A DNA stretch of 37,318 nucleotides from Thermoplasmatota archaeon (GTDB lineage Archaea; Thermoplasmatota; E2; JACPAO01; JAHFTW01): assembly GCA_046352715.1 (NCBI GenBank), contig JBHELM010000228.1, positions 1 through 37,318 of the forward strand, read 5' to 3'. The notes under the pieces were generated by a model. That model saw nothing but the letters and a program-made list of their open reading frames with translations, was not told where the DNA came from and did not search any database. Each line of letters starts with the position of its first letter. Positions within the stretch are counted from its first letter, which is position 1. Of the stretch, positions 15,190 to 24,026 are shown one piece after another. Both the position numbers and the translations under genes were made by a program.

Positions 15190-18100
15190 CGCTGTTCGAG
15201 GTCATCGCCGACGGCTCCTCCTACCCGCCCGAGAAGGGGCGCTACAGCCTGCCGCCGCTGAACTTCACCGTCGCCCCCCGCGCCACCCTGACGTTCCTGG
15301 ACGACGACGGCGCCACCGGGCGCGGCCTGCGTCCAGGCATCACCGTCGTCCTCAACCGCGACGGCACCCCCGACTTCACGGGCGTCGCCCTCTCCCGCAA
15401 GCGCAAGCGCGGCGCCGACGGCGAGACCGTCACCATCGAGTGCGTCGGCCTGCACCACCGCCGCCTGAAGCGCCGCAACCTCCTCCCCTACACTTACGAC
15501 GAGGACGGCCTGCCCTCCACCACGCGCGACGCCGTGCGCGTGAACCCCTGGCGCAGCGTCATCGCCCGCGCGCCGCCCGGCGGAGCCATCGACGGCGACG
15601 GCCTCACGCAGGCCGTGGACGGGTTGCGCTCGGACCAATGGATGCAGGCGTTCATCGGCGCCGCCGTCATCCACCAAGCCGACTTCCAGGACAACAGGTG
15701 GCTCCGCCCGTCGCAGGTCGCCGTCGCCGGGAACACGCTCCAGGTCTATCAGGATGGCCCGAGCGGCGACACCCGGCCTTACCTCCAGCGCATCCGCGAC
15801 GGCGCCGCCACGTTCGCGGCGGGGGGCCAGGTCATCGAGAGCATCCCCATCGAGAACGGCGACCTCAACGTGGAGGCCATGAACCCCGTCGCCTCGGTCG
15901 AGGTCCTCCTCCTCGGCTCCTACGACGGAGCCAACGACCCCGTGCTGGAGGTCTGCCGGAACGCGCGGTCGGGCGCCCGCGTCTATGCAGCCGTGCCGCT
16001 CGCGCGCTCCGCTAACTACTTGGGCTCCGGGATGACCGCGTGGAGCGGCACCCTCGATGTGAGCGGCCTCGGCGGCGACGCGCAGAACAGCCTCGGCTAC
16101 CGCATCAGCATCCCCGGCGCGCAAGCCGCCACCACCACGAAGGCCGCCTACCTCCGCATCTTCGCGCCCCTCACGCAGGCGTGGGGCGCCATCCCCTACA
16201 CGGTGACGCCCTACTACGACGGTCAGACCGGAGCCACCTCGGGCGCGACGGTTTGGGTCGAGGATGACTTCGCGGGCATGGACATCCCGGCCGCCGTCGA
16301 GCGCCTGCGGAAGGGCACCATTGCGGACCCGGCACTCAACCCGTCGCCCTATTGGGATGCTTGGCAGACGGAGCCGGACGGGCACTTCTGGTTCGCGCCG
16401 CGCAGGGGCGAGTTCAAGCGCACCGTGCAGGCGACCGAGACCGATGTGCAGGTCCTCGAATACGAGGAGTTCGGGGAGGGCCTCGCGTATCAGACCGTCG
16501 GGCTCGGAGCGGGCAAGGGCGACGCGGAAATCAGCGTCATCGACCGCACGGAATACAGCGCGGGCGGCCTCTACGACAGCGACCGCGACCCAGCCGGAGC
16601 GACGCGGCTCTACGGCGAGGCGCCGCGCGTCCGCATCCTGCGCGACCAATCCATCAAGTCGAAGGTGGAACTCCGCCGCCGCTGCCGCGCGGTCCACAAG
16701 CGCGACCGTGACCCCCAGCCCCGCATCAAGGCCACGTTCACGCCGTTCAGCCGGGACGCCGTGGTCTCGCAGAGCAGCGGCGTCAAGTCCTGCATCCAAG
16801 CGGTGATGTTCGAGGACAGCAGCCCGACGATTGCCTACGACTTGAGCGGCGTCGGCAACCACTTGGTCCTCGCCAACGGTGCGGCGCGCGGCCCAAATGG
16901 TCGCGTCGGCCAAGGTCTCGAACTGGACGGCGTGAACGACTCGGCCAGCATCGCCCCCTTCAGGAACGGCGCGGGCGCCACCAACTCATTCGGCCTCGTG
17001 TTCAGCCTACGCCCGACCGCCGCCGCCATCGCGGGAAACGCGGCCTTCTACAAGCGCCAGAAGGTCAGCGACGGGATCACCTGGGTCGCCCGCTTCAACC
17101 TGAACAGCAACGGTTCTGTCAGCGTCAGCGCGGGCGACCCCGCCACCATTTTCAACATCACGAGCCCGGTTGGCCTCGTCGTCGCCGGGCTGGATTGCAC
17201 CGTCGGCTTCTCCTACAACGCGACCACGATGCGCGTGGAACTCTATGTCAATGGGGTCGTCGTGGCCTCGACTACGGCGCCCCGTGACCCAGGCTGGAAC
17301 GACCCCACCAAAACGACCGTCACCTACTTCACCGTCAGCGCCACGCACTACGGTGGCGGCGCGGACGAAATCGGCGCCTACAACCGCGCCCTCACCGCCA
17401 CGGAACACGCCTTCATCCACGCCGAGTTCCAAGCCAAACGCCACCTGCCCATCACGCTCCCCGGCGAAGTCACGCAGACCACCTACAGCGCGACCGGCAA
17501 CTACATCCTGCCCACCCCCGGCGACAGCGTGGAGGTCATCGACGCCGAGTGGCCCGTGGATGTGACCCTGCGCGCGACCGAGGCCGAACGCACCTTCGAC
17601 GGCGACTCCGGCGAAGGCATCACCATCAACTTCGGCGAGGAGAACCAGGACCCCGTGACCTCGGAGGTCTCGAACCGGGTGCAGGCGGAGCGCACCGCCG
17701 CCAAGCCCACGCCTGTCCTGTCGAGCGCGAGCGTTGGCTCGCCCGGCGTGAACTTCGACGCCACCCGCTACGGCCGGTTCCCCATCGTCATCCCCGAGGG
17801 CGTCGAGGTGGACCGCTGCCTCGTCAGCCTGCGGACGGTGCCGTGGCAAGCGACCGCGAAGGGCGCGGCGGCGGGCAGCATTAAGCCCGTGTTCATCGGG
17901 TCCACCGTGTTCGCCACGCAGACCATCGCGGCGGGCGGCAAGTGGGATTTCTTCACCACGGATTTCGCTGGGGGCGGGAGCGGCTACTATGTCATGGTGA
18001 GCCTGTTCTTCCCCGACGCGGATGGGGTGAGCCACCCGTTCGGTTCCTACATTAGCCTGAAGTCGGCGTCCTCGCAAATCGGCTTCGAGATTATGCGGCG

Positions 18101-18593
18101 CCAGAGCATGAGATACGCGGACGCCAGCCACGTCGGCGGGTTCGCGCATCAGAACAGTTGGGGCTTCTTCGCGGACCAGGACCCCGGCTCCGATGTGGGG
18201 GCGTTCGGCACCATCTTCAACTTCGACACCGCCTCCATTACGGTCACGTTGATTATTCAGTTCTACCGGGTGCCGGACCACGTTCACCAACTGGATTACG
18301 GCATCAACCAGTATGGCGACGCGGCCCCCATCTACGGCGAGGGCATCCGGTTCGCCATCGACCCCACGACGGACTCGCGCGGCGAGCCCACGAACTTCAC
18401 GGCGGAGCGGCACCCGCTCGCGTTCGGCGCAGCGAGCGGCCCCGCCAGCGCCCTCGTGGACCTGACCAACAGCCTCGGCACGGACGCCGCCGGGCGCATC
18501 TTCGCAGGTGAGCATTTCATCTACCTCCTCGGGACTGGCTTGTCCGTGGTGACGGTCACGCCCCTCCTCAAGTTCAAGGAGGCCGGAACGTGA
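15186..18593 (+). CDS. Large tail-tip / host-specificity protein with a LamG (concanavalin-A-like lectin) domain
   Basis: 1135 aa. ATGA overlap with the tape measure stop. The segment GNHLVLANGAARGPNGRVGQGLELDGVNDSASI ... VELYVNGVVVAS ... DEIGAYNRALTATEH fits the LamG/Laminin_G_3 pattern. Confidence 0.6.
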   Translation: MTLFEVIADGSSYPPEKGRYSLPPLNFTVAPRATLTFLDDDGATGRGLRPGITVVLNRDGTPDFTGVALSRKRKRGADGETVTIECVGLHHRRLKRRNLLPYTYDEDGLPSTTRDAVRVNPWRSVIARAPPGGAIDGDGLTQAVDGLRSDQWMQAFIGAAVIHQADFQDNRWLRPSQVAVAGNTLQVYQDGPSGDTRPYLQRIRDGAATFAAGGQVIESIPIENGDLNVEAMNPVASVEVLLLGSYDGANDPVLEVCRNARSGARVYAAVPLARSANYLGSGMTAWSGTLDVSGLGGDAQNSLGYRISIPGAQAATTTKAAYLRIFAPLTQAWGAIPYTVTPYYDGQTGATSGATVWVEDDFAGMDIPAAVERLRKGTIADPALNPSPYWDAWQTEPDGHFWFAPRRGEFKRTVQATETDVQVLEYEEFGEGLAYQTVGLGAGKGDAEISVIDRTEYSAGGLYDSDRDPAGATRLYGEAPRVRILRDQSIKSKVELRRRCRAVHKRDRDPQPRIKATFTPFSRDAVVSQSSGVKSCIQAVMFEDSSPTIAYDLSGVGNHLVLANGAARGPNGRVGQGLELDGVNDSASIAPFRNGAGATNSFGLVFSLRPTAAAIAGNAAFYKRQKVSDGITWVARFNLNSNGSVSVSAGDPATIFNITSPVGLVVAGLDCTVGFSYNATTMRVELYVNGVVVASTTAPRDPGWNDPTKTTVTYFTVSATHYGGGADEIGAYNRALTATEHAFIHAEFQAKRHLPITLPGEVTQTTYSATGNYILPTPGDSVEVIDAEWPVDVTLRATEAERTFDGDSGEGITINFGEENQDPVTSEVSNRVQAERTAAKPTPVLSSASVGSPGVNFDATRYGRFPIVIPEGVEVDRCLVSLRTVPWQATAKGAAAGSIKPVFIGSTVFATQTIAAGGKWDFFTTDFAGGGSGYYVMVSLFFPDADGVSHPFGSYISLKSASSQIGFEIMRRQSMRYADASHVGGFAHQNSWGFFADQDPGSDVGAFGTIFNFDTASITVTLIIQFYRVPDHVHQLDYGINQYGDAAPIYGEGIRFAIDPTTDSRGEPTNFTAERHPLAFGAASGPASALVDLTNSLGTDAAGRIFAGEHFIYLLGTGLSVVTVTPLLKFKEAGT

Positions 18594-19405
18594 GCAACTG
18601 GAAGGTGAACGGCACCACCCTCGACATCGGGGCGGTCAAGGTCACGATGGAGGCCGAGACCCTCTCCCTGGACGAGGCGCTGCGGACACAGTTCGCGGGC
18701 ATCCTGCACGGCCGCCAGCGCCGCCACCGCCTCGGCATCAACCTCCCCGCCCTCAAGTTCACGTTCTGGTTCTGGGGCGTGGCGCCCGACCGCTACGATG
18801 TCATGCAGCGCCTCCGCACCGACCTCAAGCGCGCCGCCAACTTCCTCGTGGAGGCCCCGGCCGCGCCGAACGAGTTCTATTTCGAGGGCGGCGTCAAGAC
18901 CATCCGGCTCGCCTGCGAGTCGATGCGCGTGGTTTACACGAACGGCGTTGGCCGCGTCGGCTTGGAGGTCGTCGCCACCCACATCGACCCCGAGGCCACC
19001 GAACTCCTCGGCCTGTCGAACGTGCAACTCGTGGGTGCCCCCGTCGTCACGGTCTCGAAGGTCACTTACCTCGTCGCCACCACGGCCCTGAACAAGACCG
19101 TCGTGGCGACCCCGACGCGCTCGTTTGAACTCATCATCATCACGCCCATCGCCACCGGCATCACCATCTCGGCGGCGGGCTTGAGCAACGGCATTTTCCG
19201 CACCGTGGCCCTCACCGCGACGGCGGTGGGCTTGAGCAACGGAATCACGCGGGGGGCCACGGCCACGCCGGGCAGCGCCGGGAGCCTAGTGCCCATCATC
19301 GCGTCGTTCCCCCAGGCGGCATCCGACGCCAACGGCACCCTGTCCGGCCTCAACAACAACCCGGCGGCCACGCCGTCGAACACGCCAACCCTCACCGTGA
19401 CTTAG
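18590..19405 (+). CDS. Tail protein (hypothetical) with an internal GLSNGI repeat
   Basis: GTGA overlap, with AAGGAGG 7 nt upstream. The 15-nt string gggcttgagcaacgg occurs at both 19177 and 19228. Confidence 0.55.
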   Translation: MSNWKVNGTTLDIGAVKVTMEAETLSLDEALRTQFAGILHGRQRRHRLGINLPALKFTFWFWGVAPDRYDVMQRLRTDLKRAANFLVEAPAAPNEFYFEGGVKTIRLACESMRVVYTNGVGRVGLEVVATHIDPEATELLGLSNVQLVGAPVVTVSKVTYLVATTALNKTVVATPTRSFELIIITPIATGITISAAGLSNGIFRTVALTATAVGLSNGITRGATATPGSAGSLVPIIASFPQAASDANGTLSGLNNNPAATPSNTPTLTVT

Positions 19406-19412
19406 GGCGCGG

Positions 19413-19434
19413 CGACTCGATGCGGTTTTAAGCC
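19413..19434 (+). promoter_or_regulatory. Conserved 22-nt intergenic motif, copy B, with a 3-codon mini-ORF
   Basis: CGACTCGATGcggttTTAAGCC. The mini-ORF is ATG 19420 ... TAA 19429-19431. Spacing to the flanking stop and start matches copy A. Confidence 0.4.
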
Positions 19435-19462
19435 AGCGAGGGGGTGCTTCAAGCGGGACCTT

Positions 19463-20299
19463 ATGGGAGCCGCGCTTGCCGACCTCCGCCGCCGCTTTGA
19501 TGAAGTGGTCATGCCGCACCTGCTCCCCGACGCGGTGAAGCGCCAAGAGGTCCGCAAGGCCCTCCGGCCAGTCGCGCCCGGCGTCCACGATGCCATCGCG
19601 CCGCACCGCCTCGACATCGCCCGCGTCCCGATGCGCGTGGACCGCAAGTTCCTGAACCCCGCGCTCCACTCCACGCGCCCGCAAGCGGTTCACCCCGCGA
19701 TGGTGCCGCCGTCCTTGCAGGCCAAGGTCGGTCTCCAGGGCCGCGCCCACCTCGCGGTCTATGAGGACACCGGCCGCTTCATGCGCCTCGCGGGCTACCG
19801 GCGCTCGCCGTTCGCCGTCGTGAGCGGCCAGCACCGCAACCTCCTCGCCCGCGTCATCCAGTCCCGCATGGCCGCCGACCTGAACTTCAACCTCACCGAC
19901 GAGGCGGCCACGGCGCGCACGAACAACGTCAAGGCCACGGGCGCGGGCACGACCCAGATGATGTTGAGCCTGACGACGAGCAACGACCAGACGAAGTTCA
20001 AGTATGGGTCTGGGGTGACGGCGCCCACGGAGAACGACACGAACATCCAGACCGCGCTCGGCGCCGACATCACGGCGGCTGGACTGTCCTACGACGACAC
20101 CGCGCACACCGCCACGATGTCCGGGTCCCGCCTGCACACGGAGGCGGGCTCCACCATCAACGAGATTGCGTGTTTCACGCGCTTCCGCTCGACGGCGGCC
20201 GTGAACTACTTCGCCCTCACCGACCACACCGCCATCTCGCCCGGTCAAGCCCTGGTGACGAACCAGACGGTCGCCATCTCCTACGTTTGGCAACTGTAG
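19463..20299 (+). CDS. Tail-fibre / collar-like protein
   Basis: 278 aa with codon bias throughout. The C-half (GSGVTAPTENDTNIQTALG ... STINEIACF ... ISYVW) resembles tail-collar fibre domains as I recall them. Confidence 0.45.
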   Translation: MGAALADLRRRFDEVVMPHLLPDAVKRQEVRKALRPVAPGVHDAIAPHRLDIARVPMRVDRKFLNPALHSTRPQAVHPAMVPPSLQAKVGLQGRAHLAVYEDTGRFMRLAGYRRSPFAVVSGQHRNLLARVIQSRMAADLNFNLTDEAATARTNNVKATGAGTTQMMLSLTTSNDQTKFKYGSGVTAPTENDTNIQTALGADITAAGLSYDDTAHTATMSGSRLHTEAGSTINEIACFTRFRSTAAVNYFALTDHTAISPGQALVTNQTVAISYVWQL

Positions 20300-20310
20300 G
20301 AGGAGCGCGC

Positions 20311-20580
20311 TTGGAGCCCGCCCCGGCCTACGTCCTGGTTCCGGCGAACGAGTGGGCGGACTTCAAGGAGACCGTGCGCGAGACCCGCCAGTTCGCAATG
20401 GAGGCCCGCGACATCGGCTTGTCGGCCAAGCAGACGCTCTCCGAGGTCGTCGCCCCAAAGTTGCTCAAGGTGGACGCGCACGAGGAGGCCATCCAGCAGA
20501 CCAACGGGGCGCTGTGGGCGTTCGGCATCATCGGCTCCCTCGTCGCCCTCCTGCTCGGCATCTTGGCGTGGGTGAGGTAG
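20311..20580 (+). CDS. Small protein with a C-terminal transmembrane anchor (lysis-module candidate)
   Basis: TTG 20311 sits 7 nt after AGGAGG. The C-terminus is ALWAFGIIGSLVALLLGILAWV. Confidence 0.5.
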   Translation: MEPAPAYVLVPANEWADFKETVRETRQFAMEARDIGLSAKQTLSEVVAPKLLKVDAHEEAIQQTNGALWAFGIIGSLVALLLGILAWVR

Positions 20581-20581
20581 G

Positions 20582-20782
20582 GTGCCCACGCGCCTCGCTG
20601 ATGTGGATGACCTCGCGCTCGCGGTCGGCCTTGTCCTGCTCACGCTCGGCCTGCTCGCCGCGCTCGTCCTGGTCTTGGCCCTCGTGCCCGGCAGCGACCA
20701 GGCGCGCGGCCAGGTCGTGACCGGCCTGCTCATGGCGCTCGCCTCGGCGTCGGCGTTCTTCTTCAAGGGCCGACGCGCTTAG
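20582..20782 (+). CDS. Small two-TM membrane protein, holin-like
   Basis: 66 aa. Hydrophobic segments LALAVGLVLLTLGLLAALVLVLALV and VVTGLLMALASASAFFF. Confidence 0.5.
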   Translation: MPTRLADVDDLALAVGLVLLTLGLLAALVLVLALVPGSDQARGQVVTGLLMALASASAFFFKGRRA

Positions 20783-20807
20783 GTAGGGGGAACGGGCTCG
20801 GCTCGCT

Positions 20808-21158
20808 ATGCGGCTCGTCGTGGATGTCCGCGAGGCAGAGGTCGGCCCTGGGCCGGAGCGCGGCACCGTGCGCGCGCACCTCGTCGTGGACCTCAAGCAG
20901 GCGGAGCGGCTCGTGGCTGATGGGTTCAGGGCGTTGCCTGCGGATGCGCGCGGCGCGGTCTTGGCGGACCTGCTGATGGTGAGCGACGACACGCTGGAGG
21001 TGGCGCGCACCGTCCTCGCCGAGCAGCCCGTGGTGGCCCGCCATTGTCGCCACGACGGCGGCCTGTCGGCGGAGGACTTCTGCGGGCGTGGGTGTCGCAG
21101 CCTGGTCGCGGCCTGCAAAGGCGGCCCGTGCAGCATGGATTCGCCCGGCTGCCGATGA
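20808..21158 (+). CDS. Hypothetical protein with a Cys-rich C-terminus; strand assignment uncertain
   Basis: 116-aa ORF. An in-register antisense ORF (20763..21053) shares the same codon phase. The + strand is favoured by amino-acid composition and operon context. Confidence 0.35.
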   Translation: MRLVVDVREAEVGPGPERGTVRAHLVVDLKQAERLVADGFRALPADARGAVLADLLMVSDDTLEVARTVLAEQPVVARHCRHDGGLSAEDFCGRGCRSLVAACKGGPCSMDSPGCR

Positions 21159-21271
21159 CCAAAGCCCAGAGGTCGCCTTCCTCGCTGCGTGATTGGCAAA
21201 GGCTTTTCTGCGCCGATTTCTTCGTAGCCGTGGCTAGGGGCAAGGCATAGGTCTCCAGCCATCGGAACAGG

Positions 21272-21313
21272 ACGCCGACCCCCCGCTTCTTGGCGGAGGA
21301 GGGGGGTCGGCGT
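21272..21313 (+). terminator. Strong stem-loop (13-bp perfect stem) ending the structural/lysis operon
   Basis: acgccgacccccc (21272-21284) pairs with ggggggtcggcgt (21301-21313). It lies in a 355-nt non-coding gap. There is no clear U-tract. Confidence 0.55.
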
Positions 21314-21400
21314 TGCCTCGTGTCCCGAAAGCGGTTGCCCTCACCACGGCCGGGCACTTTACCGCTTTGCTTTCCACCTAACCAATGTGCAGCCTTCAGA

Positions 21401-21430
21401 GTCGTGGCAAGTAAAATTACTTGGCCCGAC
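21401..21430. promoter_or_regulatory. 30-bp imperfect palindrome with an AT-rich core, operator-like
   Basis: GTCGtgGCAAGTAAaaTTACTTGgcCCGAC: 12 of 15 positions pair. It ends 10 nt upstream of TTGACC 21440. Confidence 0.35.
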
Positions 21431-21439
21431 TAATCGAGC

Positions 21440-21515
21440 TTGACCTTCCGGCCTGCCGTGTCTAAATCATAATATAGGCACGGCACCTAACGCGGAGACT
21501 AGGGCACACACCATG
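21440..21515 (+). promoter_or_regulatory. Promoter-like element P4 (TTGACC, 17 nt, TAAATC...; AT-rich box; CA-rich leader)
   Basis: TTGACC 21440-21445, a 17-nt spacer, then TAAATCATAATATAGGCACGGCACCTAAC ... TAGGGCACACACCATG. Confidence 0.5.
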
Positions 21516-22706
21516 TCCGCAAAGAGCCGCGCCCTCGAAGCCAGCCTCTCACTCGTGCGCGACCGCAAGGTGGGCGGCAACACCCACCCATCCATGCTGC
21601 GGCACCGCTACGTTTCCGCGTCCCGACTCGTCCAGATGACGGCCAAGGCCCTCATCACCGACATCCTCGCCGACGAGGACCGCGACCCCGAGGGCGCGCA
21701 TTGGGGCGAGGACGGCAACGCGAAGGCAGAGAAGAACCTCGCCGCCGTGAAGTGCCAGGAGCCAAGCCTCGCCGTGCCCATCCTGGGCACCGGCGTCGAC
21801 GGCGGCACCTCCGGGCCAAGCCTCTCTCCGTGGGTCCTCACCGGCCACCCGGACGGTCTCGCCATCACGACGACCGGCGAGAACGGAGCCGACCGTGACC
21901 CGTTCACCCTCGCGTGGTCCTTCAGCGGCGGCGCCGAGCGCGGCCTCGCCGTCCCCTGGTTCGCCACCATCTTCGAGAACAAGGCTCCCCTGTTCACGCC
22001 CGGCGCCGACAAGGTGGAACTCTACTACCGGCAGGGCCTCCTCTACCTCGCCATGCTCCACGCGATGCACGAGCGCCTGCGCGCCCGCGTCCTGCACCCC
22101 GCCGCCTGGCTCGCCGACGAGGACCCCCGCAAGCGCCCGTGGATGCTGCCCGAGACCCTGGAACCCAGCCAGGTCGTCGTCTGCATCCAACCATCCACGG
22201 AGCAGAAGCGCGAGCAGGCGTTCCCCGTGGACGCCGCCGCCTGCGCGAAGCACCTGGACTTCTACCTCCGCAAGGCCGCCGTCGTGGTCGAGGGCGTCGA
22301 GGCCAAGGACCCCGGCGTCGGCGAGCGGAAGTGGGACGCCGAGAAGGGCGCGGGCCTGGGCGAGTTCACCATCAAGGGGGCCATCCCCGTCCTCGGCGAC
22401 GACGAGGTGGTCCGCATCACCGCGCAGCGGCAGGCCGCGCAGATGCGCCGCGACGAGGCCGACGAGGAGGTCGAGCGCCTGACGACCGCGCTGCGGGACT
22501 ACTTGCGCGCCAAGGGCGTCGAGGAGGCAACGGTGCCGTGCGATGGTGGCTCGCCCTACCGGGTGGTTCTTCAGCGCACGAAGGGCGGGCTGCGGCATTT
22601 CGTCGTGGAGGACAGCGTGGCGCTGCGGGTCTATGGTGGGGTCAAGAAGGCGAAGCCAGCCTCCGCCGCGCCTGCTGCCGCGCAGACCGTGGCGGTGACG
22701 GCGTGA
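21513..22706 (+). CDS. Hypothetical protein, possible RecB-family PD-(D/E)xK nuclease
   Basis: 397 aa and the first gene after P4. Contains YVSASRL near the N-terminus, then WFATIFENK (hydrophobic strand + ExK), followed 17 aa later by RQGLLY (QxxxY). Confidence 0.6.
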   Translation: MSAKSRALEASLSLVRDRKVGGNTHPSMLRHRYVSASRLVQMTAKALITDILADEDRDPEGAHWGEDGNAKAEKNLAAVKCQEPSLAVPILGTGVDGGTSGPSLSPWVLTGHPDGLAITTTGENGADRDPFTLAWSFSGGAERGLAVPWFATIFENKAPLFTPGADKVELYYRQGLLYLAMLHAMHERLRARVLHPAAWLADEDPRKRPWMLPETLEPSQVVVCIQPSTEQKREQAFPVDAAACAKHLDFYLRKAAVVVEGVEAKDPGVGERKWDAEKGAGLGEFTIKGAIPVLGDDEVVRITAQRQAAQMRRDEADEEVERLTTALRDYLRAKGVEEATVPCDGGSPYRVVLQRTKGGLRHFVVEDSVALRVYGGVKKAKPASAAPAAAQTVAVTA

Positions 22707-23200
22707 GCGACCGCGACAAGGTGTGCCAGCCCTGCCTAGACAGGGCGGCGCGCGACAAGTGGTATCCCTTCACGAACCCCCTGGTCGCGGCGACCTCGGA
22801 GGAGTGCGGGTTCCACCCGCGCCTCGACAACTGGCGCCTCTACCGGACGCTCGCCACCGTCCAGCACTTCTCCCAGCAGCCCGAGGGCTGGAAGGACCGC
22901 CGCGCGCCAACCGCCATCACGCTCGAAGCCGGATTGGTCCACCGCCGGAACCTGGAGTGCATCGTGTTCGACTACGAGAAGGCGCTCCTCGACTACGCCC
23001 TAGAGCAGGGCCTCATCGAGCAGACCGACCACCGCAACACCGAGCGCGTCCTGCCGCGCAGCGTCCGCCTCTCCGCCAAGGGCGACGACGCGCTGCGGAC
23101 ATGGGTGCAGGCAGGGCGCAACGATGCTGGGGCAACGGCCGCGCAGAAACACCTCGCCTCCCTCGTCCCTTCGACCGTCATCCAGCAGGAGACCGCGTAG
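22703..23200 (+). CDS. Hypothetical protein (165 aa)
   Basis: GTGA overlap with the upstream stop. Only the distal part of track ORF 21914..23200 looks coding. Confidence 0.6.
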   Translation: MSDRDKVCQPCLDRAARDKWYPFTNPLVAATSEECGFHPRLDNWRLYRTLATVQHFSQQPEGWKDRRAPTAITLEAGLVHRRNLECIVFDYEKALLDYALEQGLIEQTDHRNTERVLPRSVRLSAKGDDALRTWVQAGRNDAGATAAQKHLASLVPSTVIQQETA

Positions 23201-23647
23201 ATGGGCGGCTGGAACCTGCCGCCCGGCGTCAGCGTAAGCGACATCCCCGGCAACCGCCCCGAGGACCTCGCCGCCGAGCGGATGGCCGAGACCACGCACG
23301 AGTTCTTCGAGCGCGCGCTCGCCCACTACGGGACACCCGAGCGCAACCCCGCCATGCGCCTCCTGTTCGACGCCATCGTGGCCCTGGAAGGCGACTACAA
23401 CGACTCCCTGTGTGACCTCGTGGTCGAGCAGGAAGTCCGCGACATCCAGGACGCGCTCTCCACGGAGGCGCAGGCGATGGACTACTACCGCTCGGAGGAC
23501 GACCACGAGGAGGAACTCGCGCGCAGCCAGGCCCGCACGAAGGAACTGGAGGACGACCTGCTCGAGCGGTGCGGCCACAGCGGGGAGGGCGCCGAGCATG
23601 AGGCGTGGTGCCCAGACCGCCCCAAGGAGGTCCACCGTCATGGCTGA
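23201..23647 (+). CDS. Hypothetical acidic protein (148 aa)
   Basis: The ATG directly follows the upstream TAG. Codon bias is strong. Confidence 0.65.
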   Translation: MGGWNLPPGVSVSDIPGNRPEDLAAERMAETTHEFFERALAHYGTPERNPAMRLLFDAIVALEGDYNDSLCDLVVEQEVRDIQDALSTEAQAMDYYRSEDDHEEELARSQARTKELEDDLLERCGHSGEGAEHEAWCPDRPKEVHRHG

Positions 23648-24026
23648 CCCGAAGGCGCTGCGCTACCCCCGCGAGGTCGAGTGCGACAACTGCGGACGCC
23701 CGACAATGGTGCCCGGCCCGCCCCCGCACCCCAACGCAAAGGTCCTCTGCGGTCTCTGCCTGGAACTCTCCGTCCACCACCTCGCGCCGCTGGAGAAGGC
23801 CCGCATCATGCGGGAACTGGCCGCCATCTCGAAGCGGGTGCAGGCGATGACGCTTGAGGAGTTGTGTGCCCTGCACCGGGACGACGGCAAGGTCACGCCG
23901 TCCACCCTCGGCGACGCCCTCCTGATGTCCTACCGTGGCTTCTACGGCATGGGCCGCCTGCTAACGCTGATGAACGAACACGGCATCCCGCTCCCCATCC
24001 AACCTCCTCCGGGAGCCACTCCATGA
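23640..24026 (+). CDS. Hypothetical zinc-ribbon-like protein (128 aa)
   Basis: AAGGAGG sits 9 nt upstream of ATG 23640. Motifs CDNCG ... CGLC. Confidence 0.6.
   Translation: MADPKALRYPREVECDNCGRPTMVPGPPPHPNAKVLCGLCLELSVHHLAPLEKARIMRELAAISKRVQAMTLEELCALHRDDGKVTPSTLGDALLMSYRGFYGMGRLLTLMNEHGIPLPIQPPPGATP

Noticed and set aside
12496-16913. Long minus-strand ORFs (12496..14499, 12519..14180, 14205..16913) opposite the tape measure and tail-tip genes
   Set aside because: These are the same shadow-ORF phenomenon. Stop codons are rare in GC-rich antisense frames, and the + strand products have recognisable tape measure and LamG features.
15186-20299. Diversity-generating retroelement or retron involvement in tail-gene variation or in the non-coding region
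   Set aside because: No reverse transcriptase ORF and no template/variable repeat pair. The only internal repeat is a 15-nt duplication at 19177/19228.
20763-21053. Minus-strand 96-aa ORF in exact antisense register with + ORF 20808..21158
   Set aside because: Codon statistics cannot separate the two because they share the codon register. The minus product is unusually His-rich (11 of 96) and would sit alone against the operon direction. I kept the + ORF, at low confidence only.
21155-21250. 31-aa ORF starting with an ATGA overlap on the stop of 20808..21158
   Set aside because: The coupling signature is present, but third-position GC is low, the ORF runs into the regulatory gap, and the peptide has no features. 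It is probably a chance ORF.
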